A DNA stretch of 64,000 nt from Ascidiella aspersa. Taxonomy: Eukaryota. Under the pieces are notes generated by a model. The model saw only the letters and a program-made list of their open reading frames with translations, searched no databases and was not told the origin of the DNA. Numbering within the stretch: position 1 is the first letter of the stretch; the number at the start of each line of letters is the position of its first letter. The translations under genes and the position numbers were made by a program. Below, piece by piece: positions 12,077 through 23,400 of this stretch. The stretch covers positions 12,896,001-12,960,000 of the forward strand of contig OZ004610.1 in NCBI GenBank assembly GCA_963924565.1, read 5' to 3'.

Positions 12077-15000
12077 ATGGCGCTCGTTTTTATTTCTTTG
12101 ATGACATGGATCTTGACGATGGAAACGGCAATTGGTAAGTTTTTGAATTTAATTGCAAATTGCGCAATAAAGCGCTAAGCTATTTAGAATGAATTAGGTT
12201 GAATCTGCAACTAAGGGTATCTTAAACAAAACATATTTCTTTATAACCACTAGGCTATAATTAAACGTGATTTTTGCAGGAGTTCCTTTGCAAAAAGATA
12301 TCTGCGAAGAAGTTTATTTATCACTAAGTCAGGGGCGATCTGATGAATTCAATGCCCCGAGTCCGATTGATATCAACTATTGTCTAAGTAAGTGTATTCG
12401 TAATATGACTTCTGCATCTTTAAATACAATATTGTGTTATCACACCTGTTTCACAAATAGACGTATTGTAAAACACTTATGTTGCGTTCTATGGTTTCTA
12501 ATTACTATTAATCCTAGCAATTGTTTATCAGGCAAAAAAAATCATTTTTTATGTTTAACTTTCTATTTCGTCAGACATCATTCAGAGCCATGATGAAGTT
12601 GATTGCCCATTTAACGCGTCAAGCTGCGATCAAGTCTGTCCCGTTGTTGGCTTCGAACGCGACCCGTTTGGTTGCCAGGTGAGCTGCGAGTGTAAAAGCG
12701 ACGGACTCTTTGAAGAAGATATCAGATATGACTCAAAAGACTTGCCATTGATCACACAGGTGAGTTTGATGTAGTGTAATACAATATAGGTTACATGGGC
12801 CAAAGAGCAGCCCTAAAAAAGTGTTCACTTGTTGCGTTTTTCATATCATATTTAGTTTGTTTTAGTTTTTTTAACCTTAATCGCGAACCAAACATCACAC
12901 ATCAACATTTAAAAATATTAATATTAACTTTATAATTAATACGTGTTTTGGATTGACTGCTTTTTTCAACCTTTATTAAATTCTTTATTTTAAATTTTTC
13001 AATTGTTTTCAGATTTACCTAGGAACGCCAAAAGATGTTCAAGAAGCAGCTTCGACTGGGTTTGGTAAATGGGATGAAGTTCGTCAAAGCGGGCGTGTTA
13101 AAGTTCCCTACACCGTTAGTACAGCAATGAGTAAGTTCTTGTATAATCTGTGGGTTGAATAACTTTCATGCTAACATTTGTAAGTAAACGAAATACTGAA
13201 AAAAGTTTACAATACCTTGGTATTTTCCAGACGACAAAGCGCAAAAAGCCATAACCGATGCCATCGCTGCTTATAGCAACAAGACTTGCATCGATTTTGT
13301 CGCGAGGAACAGCGAGAAAAATTACATCAATTTCATTTCACGTGGCGGATGCTGGTAAGTAGGATGCTCGACAGAGATATACTGCCTAAATAAAACAGGT
13401 TTACATTATTTTTATGGCTAACTTGCAGCGCTTTTTTACGTAGGTTACTCCAAAAACAAGTTTTGACACGGCCATATAATTGGAATACATGAAGTAAATA
13501 CAAACAACATGTTAGAGATCATAAACAACTAAAACCCACCACAGGCCATTTTAACAAGCAAAAAACGATCGGGGTTTGTATACTATCGCAGGTCTTACAT
13601 TGGACGACGGGGCGGAAGACAGGACATCTCCATCGGTAACGGGTGCGAATGGAAGGGAGTGGTCCAGCACGAACTCATGCACGCGCTGGGATTCTGGCAC
13701 GAACAGTCCAGGCCGGATCGGGATGATCACATCAAGGTGCAACTAGAGAACGTTTCTCCTGGTGAGTTGTACTTTTACTCAAACGTCTGAATTCGTTTTT
13801 TTTTAAACGTATTGATAACATGGATACGTTATGCTCAGTATTTTAAAAATCATGTTAGAGTTGTTTTAAAACTAAAATTAGTGCCGAGATAGATATTTTC
13901 TGTGCAATACATTCTAACAAAAAAAAATTATTATAACATTTTCGATAAACAGTTATAGCTATGACTCAAAACGTTAATTGTTTTCATACCGTTTACCAAT
14001 TTTTAGGAAAAGAACACAACTTTAAAAAGCGCACTTCTGTCGATTCGCTGGGATCTCCGTACGACACCAACTCGATCATGCATTACGGAGGCTACGCCTT
14101 TTCCAAGAACCTTAAGCCAACCATCCTCCTCCGATCCACCAACCTCCCGATCCGATCCCAGAGAAACGGGTTTACAGATCAGGATGTCTTCCAGATAAAC
14201 GCCCTCTATCAATGTCCTGGAACAAACGTCATAACTACAACTACAGTTGCACCAACTCGTAAGGGATATTTAAAAAAATTACATCAATACTAGTACAATA
14301 CAATTTTTAATAACTGACTGAGTGGATTGTCAATTCGTACATTATTCTCTAGAAACGTGGTCGTCGTGGGGATCCTGGGGCAAGTGTTCCGTCACGTGCG
14401 GCGCCGGGGTTCGAACCAGAAGCCGAACTTGCGTCATGAGTAGGACTTCGGGATGCTCAGGAATGTCCTCTCAAGTTGCAAAATGCCAAGTGAAGGCCTG
14501 TGTGGTAACCACAACTACGAGTCCCCCCACCAGCGCATCTTCAGGGTCGTGGGGATCTTGGCAGTCGTGGAGTTCGTGCTCGAAAACTTGCGGCAGAGGG
14601 TACCGCTGGAGGTCAGTGTTTAATCCAAACTTGGTCACATAGCTCGCTTCTTCATGGACAGTGACCTAATTAAAATATTTTAGAGGATTTGTAGAAAACC
14701 TGATTGCCTATGTTATGTTATGATTTTTCACACATTACTTTACTTTATTACAGATATAGACCTTGCCGTGGTGGCTTTGCTGGCCAGTCTGGATGCCCTG
14801 GATCGGCCTGGCAAGGAACAAGTTGCAACATAAAGGAATGCACACCTACACCAGGTATGTGGAAAATATATCAACTAACAAATGGCGAGAAAACGAATAA
14901 TGTTTTTGAATGCTTACTATTTCAGTCGCTAAACACCCTTGAATTAAATTGTAAATGTTTTTTTTTAAGAATTTGAGTTCCTAAGAAACATGTTTTGAAT

Positions 15001-15812
15001 CTTGCCCAAAGATCACATTCATATGAGTGTTTTTTTAAACAATAAAACTCGCATTTCAGAATCGTCGCTATTCAACACCCATGGGTGGGATTCAAGCAGG
15101 CAAATTTGTCGGTACGGAAAAATCTACTCAGGAGATTTTAACGGCGATGGTCGACAGGATCTAGTTTGCTACTATTCCGATCATTGGACGTAAGTTATCG
15201 TTACTCCAGAACCGTGAGTTTTTGATATAATTCTCAAAGTAATGTATTGTTTTGTAGTATCACGTACCTGGCAAGTTCCCGTGGACAATACCTCACCTCA
15301 AGCCAGAAACAAGTTTCCACCTGTTCGACATTCCAGCGACCCGGAAAGATTGTGATCGGCGACCTTAACGGCGATGGAAGGGACGACTTGTTGTGCCAAG
15401 ATTTAAGCACTGGGTAGGAATTTAAAAGTTGATCAAAATACTAAGGACACACTGAATTGCATAGCAATAGAAAATAGTCTGGTATTAATATTTTTCTGTT
15501 TCTGAGGGATATCTGGTGCTGTTAACTTTTCAAATTCGAAATAAAGTTTATATACCTTAATTTTAAATTACAAATTTATATTTGACATTCAAAACTACAA
15601 ATAATATATTTTGTTTCAGCAACATCCGAGCTACATTCACGAGCTCAACTGGCTTCAACAACTACGTGAGTTGGAAAGGATCCTTCGACAAGTTCTGCGT
15701 CAACGACCGCGACGTTCTCATGCTGATTGATGTGAACGGAGACAAACTTGCCGATCTTGTTTGCAAAAGTAGCAGCGGCCTTGTCACCGTGCTTCGAAAC
15801 CAGTTCAAATAA
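12077..15812 (+). CDS. Secreted astacin-family (M12A) zinc metalloprotease: signal peptide, antistasin-like module, prodomain, astacin, 2x TSP1, 3x FG-GAP/VCBS repeats (copy B, intact)
   Basis: 12 phase-consistent GT-AG exons: 12077-12134, 12280-12387, 12575-12759, 13013-13130, 13231-13354, 13592-13761, 14007-14258, 14353-14611, 14754-14854, 15060-15189, 15258-15413, 15620-15812. Motifs: [29 protein letters not shown] (Asp-switch-like), [98 protein letters not shown]. Confidence 0.92.
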
Positions 15813-17424
15813 GTCTTGAAGTTGTGATTTAGCTGAATTCTTATTTTTTTATCCTATATATTCGGAATAGTTTATTGTGTGCAACCTGTTATTGGTGTGA
15901 GTTATATATCTTTAACTGGGATTGTAGCCCATTCAATTAAAAATGATTTACTGCGAAAACGGAGTGACAAAACTACATGCTACTTTAGTGAATATGCGGT
16001 ATTTATACCGCATTGTATTTTAAATTGTTCTTTATGCGGAAGTTCGTTTCGTATTCTGTATTTCTCGACTTTAAAATCTTTTAATGAATATTATTAATTG
16101 ATTACATTCTACTTTATGCTCCAAAAACATTAATTTTAAACTTTCAAAGTAATTCTGTATTCATAAATCAGTCAAAATATTGATTCCAACTTGTTTTTCT
16201 CATTTCCATCGAAAAAAAACAGCTCATAAGCAGAATAGTGTCGAATATATGGCGAACACAGTGAACTGATTTAAAAACAAAATAAACCAAAGTAAAAGTA
16301 GAAGTTCAAGCGTAGTCAGTAGTTTTCCCCATGGAGACGCATCGGTCTGTACATAACGTACACAGCATGTTGTTAGTGAAATAGTTTGGGGGGCAAACAC
16401 ATACATTTACACTCCGAAAACGTAAAGCCATCAAACAGAAATGGCTTTTGATATATCTACGAAAAAAACAAAAAAAACGTTTCGGTGGTTATGAAATTAG
16501 AAAAAGTTGGGCAGTTTACGCGAGATTCGTTCAACAAGTATCGTTTCGCAAAGTAAATATCGACAAACATCAGTGAAATATTTCCACGGCTTTTTAGCAA
16601 CAAATAACCGAGACAATATTGATAAGCGCCTACGTTGCTACAGCAGCTCACATTTGCAATACGTTTATACAAAACAGTATCGAAATAAATTGTGATTCAA
16701 AGTTAAACAAGATATTGATTTGTCAAGCCAAGAGTAAAATTGTTTTAATGAAATTGTTGTCGACTGCACATAGCTTTGTTATATTTTTCCAATAAATGTG
16801 GCTGACCGTAACGAATTAGTTGAAACTAGAGTGATGCAAAATAGAAACAATAACAACGTTTTTAGACGAATACAAAGCCCAACCAACGCAGTAACAATAG
16901 TATGGTCGTCGCATTTTGTTGAACCTAAAGTGCGAACAAACTACGATGGCAGCAAAAATAACTTGTAGAATAGTTCGAGTCTCACGAGCACCAAATTCAA
17001 AACATAGCGCTTTAATAGCAGAACTGAAATCAACAAAAAAACCATTAATAAACTCGTGTACCGGAAGTACTTTTATCCACCAACGCCGTTGGGTAAAATT
17101 CGAACTGAAAACCACGTGAAAACAATGGTCTTGTTCCTTGGAAGAAATGTCGATTTTGGTCACAGTGGGCCAGACAGCAGCTCGGCGTTCAGTAAACGGT
17201 GACATCATTCGCGTGTACAATAGGTCAACAATGACACACCAAGTGCGTAAAATTCTCGCGAAGCCATTCAGTCTTGTATAGGTAAGTAGCTCGTCACCTT
17301 GATTTCACAAGCAAAGGAAAGCCCTGGAATAATTCACAGCCAAATGGAGGGGAAACACCGTTGGTCCACAACTAACGACTTTAAATCGAAACTGGAAAGC
17401 ACAGAAGAGGCAAAACCGCCGTGG

Positions 17425-20400
17425 TCACTTAACGTTGAGCTGCGTGTCCTTGGAAAGCTGGCGTCCAAGACTTCGACTGATTGAGGACTGCAAGTAAAAT
17501 ATGCAAATTAATCAATAAAAAAACGGTTCATATCTGCGATTTATAAAGGAGATTTACCAGCCATGTTCTGTTTATAGCCAGTTACGCTTGATATACCAAA
17601 TAAATTAATCTTCAACACCCATGAAAGCGGCGAATGTCACCCATTAATTTTATTATAAGCGATGTAAATGGCACCTGTTACTCATTTAGGAGTGTAAGTA
17701 CTAGCGCTAATAAGCAATACCTTTACTTAACAGCCAAGGTGCAGCTTTTCCTGTGAAAATGAAAACAAAAATTTGGACTTAGCTTTTTGCTTGTTTGTTT
17801 AAACTGGTAAACAAGATTACCTCATGAAAAGAGATGCAAGTTTAAAAAGTTTCTAAAAGGGAAACATCCAAACAAAATATTTGAATGCTTAGAAATTAGG
17901 CCACAGACTATACGTTGAAACAGTTTCAGTCGACTTACGCGAATGCTTCGCTTGCTCTTTTGGTTGGCAGACCTTATGAAGCTGGATCCTTTTTTGTTGG
18001 CTTCCTCAGCCGCGCAGACCAGTTCTTCATCGAGAGATTCCCTATAAATAAAGCAAATAATGGTAAATCAATGAAATCTATACGAAAAAAAAGTAATTAC
18101 ACCCAAAAAAGTATCGCGTTTCTTATAATATAAGTAACCGATTTATAGCGGGAATGTTAATCGCGGCATGTTGGACATACATTGTTTAAACATCGACCCT
18201 TCCAAAGCAATGCAATTCAGATTTTGAAATAAATTGAAAAATCATGTGATGATATACAAGTAGATATCGAAACATTTTCATCAAGATGATCTCGATTTAC
18301 TCGACTTTTTTCGCTTTGAGATTCATTTTATCAATTTGAAAAACGGGGAAATTTGTTTAAAATAAGATATTTAGACTTTTTACACCACAAATTTAGACTT
18401 TTTAGACAGAGCGTTTGCAAATTAATATTTTCTTTTGAATCGGTCGACCTGCTACTATAAATTATTTCATCTCAAGCTATAAAGCAACCGAACAAACCTA
18501 GCTGGTCTGACGAGGCATTCGAATTCAGAAGCAAGATGTCGTCTCACGGTTGCCTTGTTTACGGGGATTCCCAGTGCGCTTGCCATTTCATCGGGGGTAA
18601 AGTTTGGCTCCAGGACCATGAGGGCCCCATGTACCCCGGAGTCCCTCAGGTTGGTCGAGTATTCTGCGTAACGATCAAAACACAGTGTAAATACGGTGTT
18701 TCGTTGATTTTTATTTATTAGTCCCAAATAATAAACGGGCCGGTCGCACGTTTTAGTGTAGAGTTGTAATTGTTAATGTAAATAAAACATTTTAAGGGAA
18801 TAATTGTAATTGTAATTGTAATTGTAATTGTAATTGTAATTGTAATTGTAATTGCAATTAAACTGAATTAATGTAGTTGATCCAACTCTGGCCGCAACAA
18901 TGCGTTAAGTATTGGAATATGAGTGTGTTTCACATTAGCAGGAAATTTATTGATTTTGAACTATAAAATTAATCGATTCCCTTCGTCACGCTAGCGGAAT
19001 GAGTTTCATCGATTTTAAAGGCGACTAAAGTATAATAGAATCGTGTATAGTTCATTCGCAGGTATAATTTATTGATTTAAAACGAAACAGTAATCAAAAC
19101 CCTTTGTGACGTAACCTAATTATTTTTTTCCCGGTTTTGCAGGCATTTTCTGACTGATATGCTTATTCAGGTTCACGCACACTGGTATCGGTCATTTTAC
19201 AAACGCCATACCTTTCAGGTCGATTGATTTGGCCCACTGGATGAGACGTGTGTTGTTCCACACAAGCAGGTCCGAATCGCACGTCTGGCACATTTGCCTG
19301 CGTTCGTCCAATCTCTGCAACAACAGAAATATAAACTTGGTTAGCTATTCATTGGCACTATGAATTGTTTCGGAGATAAAAAAATTATACACAGTTCACT
19401 TGAGTGAAATTACAATATTAAGTTAAGGCCTCAGTCTACTTTAAACGGTTATAAAAATCGGGAGAATTTAACAGATTTCTAATTGTGTCAGGTCCAGTAA
19501 AGCTGAACATTAAAAATCATGTGTGCAACGTAACAGATTAATCGAAATCAAGAGTTTCTCACATAAAGGAAGATTGGTGCAGCAAGCGGCGGTATTTCTA
19601 GTATAGTTTAAGAGCAGCCTTGGTAGGCCAGGTACAACCTTGACTTCCTAAACGTCTCATTTTATTCGTTAGGGCCATAGCCAAGTGCAAATGGTTACTT
19701 TTTGCGGTGAAAACAAACTCCCGACACCAGCAATCACAAGGCCAGGTCCAATCTTGACCAACCTCGTAAATGCCTCATTTTATTCGTTAGGGCTATAACC
19801 ACGTGTAGTCATCATGGTTACTTTTTACGGTGCAAACCAGCAGTCACCTACCTGCGTGTTAAAGGCGAGCATGCGAAGCAGTTGGATGCTCCTGAGTGCG
19901 CTGTCGAGGTGCGCACGCTTGCCGTCCATGCCTAGGTGCCTCTCCAGGTCTTTGCGCGAGAGAGAGGCGAGAGTCCTCCCGTCGATCAGGTGTTCGCGGA
20001 AGCGCGGCGCGTACTGCGTGAGCCCGATGTCGCGCAGCCACTGCTCGCTCACCCACCAGTGATCCAGCTGGCCCGCCGCCGACATGTTACTGCACGCGAA
20101 TCAGGGGAACAATGTTTACCAAATCATCATGGGAATTGTGTTTTTTTTTATCTCCAAAAGGTGGCGTTACCAGCAATTCGATCACCGTAATCTATAGCTC
20201 AAGGTGAAATCTTAATTTGTTTATCTCCTTAATGTGGCGTTACCAGCAATTTGATCACCTTAATCTAACGCGTCCAGTTAAACTTTTTTATGTTTTTTTC
20301 CCTAGAATAGCATTTTACCTCTTGAAATATTTCGTACCGTAGGAATTTGTTCTAGTATATTTTCTCTACTATAGGTATTTAGTTGGATTAGCAACCTCAA

Positions 20401-23400
20401 GCTGAATACAAGTTCATCTATAGACTCCGGTGGTTTATAAACTGTTTTTTTATCAAACCAGTTTTAATGGAAAACCACAATTGTTTTAAGCAAAATTCCT
20501 AGAGCGGCTATTAAGCTGTATATTAATGAAGCTAAATTGAACGCTTGCTCGTAGCAATTTTCGTGTCTATTCTACATCCAATTTTCAAGAAGGCTCAACT
20601 TACGCGATGGTCACAGAAGGATTTCGAAACTCGTCGACGGCGAGACATATTTTGCGCCTGTGGAGCGGATTCTCGATGTTTAGACAGTTGTCCAATTCCG
20701 CTTCCGTAAGTCCGAGCAAAACCTGTCAAGTAAAAACCGTAGTGTTGTAACTCCTAAGCACCACCATTGCGAATCTCATATTAATCTTATTTATTTCATC
20801 ATTTTCATGGTAATACTTTTAATGGACTATGTTTCCAAGACAGTTGGCAACATGTGCAAAGAACAAAAAGGGCTTTGATTCTTGATTCAAAACAAAACGC
20901 CACACAAACGAACTACGTTTACCTATGTACGCGTCCTGCCGAATAAGGTGGCATATTTTACTGACATACTATTATATCATAAATCTGTGTGTAGGCCTAA
21001 TTAGTACGTTAAAACGTGAGTCAATTTTCCAGACAGTGTAAGTGTATATCATTATCCGTCGATCAAAAAAGTAATCGAATTTCTAAATTTAGAAATAATA
21101 AAAGGTGACGCACTCAGGGTGCTCCTTCCTGTTATTACCCAATTTACATTCGGTATCGCGAAATTCTCTCATCACCACAAGCGTACAGGTGAAACAAATA
21201 TACTGTAGGCGCAGCATGGGGCGAAAGACAGCACAGTGTGTGTCAACATCGCGAATCGAGGCACAGGTCGTAAAGCTAGTAAAAAAGCCTTAATTTACTA
21301 CACAAAGGCAAAGCGAAACCACAGTTACAACATCTTTTCACGCCTTTGGCAAAACTTGTGGACGCCAATACACGCATGTTTAGCCAGCACATAACAACGT
21401 ACCTTGCCACTTTTGATATTCTCAGCGCAACCTCGAACGTACTGACCCATGTGCATAACCACGTCGAGCCACACTAACACTGCGTCGGCTTTCCATCTGA
21501 AAACAAAGTTGACAGTTCAGCAGTAGTAAAAACAATTAGGTCAAATTAAATGAACTGTAGTGCAGCAGTCGGTATCAGATTTTTTTTTAATTCTATCGGC
21601 CTATTCGCTAGGTGTTAAAATTCAAATATAAGCCTAACAACATTATACAAAAATATTTAATTATTGTAATAAAACTTCACATATACCAACACTCCGCCGC
21701 TCGGACAAAGTTTTGCGCTGCCGACTACATTCACATACCGACTGAAACTTATTTTAAGAGGAATTTAAAGGAAGTTTTTCCTGTATTGGAATTGAAACAG
21801 GAGACTTTTTTTAACTCCAGTCAACAATCACATCGATTTTTTATTTATTGCTCATTTCAAAATCCTATAAGTTTGGTCGGACGCCTTTAGTTGTTTTGTG
21901 GGACCAGGCATTACTCTTCGTGTGATATAATATAAAAAAAATGTAATCGCTAGATCCGATATTATTGAATGGCAACAAACGTTTTTCAAAGAACCTTTCA
22001 CAATTATGCGTTTACCCCTGACAAGTTTTATTTTTAATAAGAAGCCATTCAGTGTGAAACTGCGTTAACTGAATTTAAAAGCTGCCGGACGCACACTTAA
22101 ATAATGATTGGTAAACTGACAATATTGAAAAAGGCGTCGAAAAGCTGGCCAAAGCTCAAATTAGCTATAATCCGCGACATGCCATAGGAAAGCCGTTGTG
22201 TGAACAAGTCCCTAATCCCTTAGCGGGTGGCTTTCCCATAACTTGCTGTATCCTAAGCATCCGACGTAATAATTTGCCCAAGCAAAAGCTTGTGGTTTAA
22301 CTGTGGACAATAAGATTTAGACGGGATTTCATTTATGCGAACGGAGGCCGCTGCTATATTTAGATTGGCTAAATCTTATTCGTTTATAAAGGGGTGTTTA
22401 TAAGTGTTATTTGTCATTACCAAGAACGGCAAAAATCGAAAATACCACTTTTGTACTTTGTATAAGAGCAGTTTTGCTTATATTAGGACCTTCCAAAATT
22501 TAGTTGGGCGCTATTTGGCCAATACAGCATTCGCTAAACAACAGAATAAAAAAGGAGAAACCAATGTGCAACGTAAATAGTTCAGGACTTTTTGATGTAA
22601 AACAACAATCGACCTTCAATTGATATCAGAATAGTAAACTGTTGAAAATGTAATACTATGTTAACAGCTGCCGTTTGCTCTTAAAAGCCAAAGTCGAAAT
22701 ATTCCATTACACTTTTCTATGCCCGGGGTGCAATACGTCTTCCCTGAAAAATGTCTTACTTGAACATAGGGAGGTTCTGGTTGCTTTCGAGGATCTCCTT
22801 CTTTTCGTCGTCGGTTCGTTCGTATAGGTTGAGCTGGCTCGACGCCAGGAACACGTCGGCGTCTGGGAGAAAAAAGAAAGTTAGTGCCGATCGACGATCG
22901 CCCTCGCTGTCAACTTATTATCCGACGGACAAAGCTTAACCGGCAAGCGAGGTCAAACGAGGTAAAAGGGTGTTTTCGTCTTGCGGTGGCGCATTCGCTC
23001 TTTTTTTTTTATCTTCACCCGAATCTACCATCTGTCTGTCAAACGTGTCTCTACAGTAACAACACAGAGTATGTGACCCCTGGCAAATCGCCTGGCACGC
23101 ATAATTAATTACTGTTTAAAGTGGTTTAAAAACAGTTTGCCAAAAAGCTTAACTGTCGTATCTAAACGAGTTAAACCACCATTGAAAGTTGTCTCTCATT
23201 ATGCGGACAAATACCACATTGTAAGTAACAGGGAATTTAAAAAAAACATTGAAAAACTGATAATTAAGCGGTTGCTATTCCGCTAGGTTTAAGGCATTTG
23301 TGTGACAAATATACGAAAACTGTAATATTTGCTGAGCAACACCTACGCGAAAAAACACCAACATGTGTCTGACCTTGGCTATAAATACCCTATACACGCC

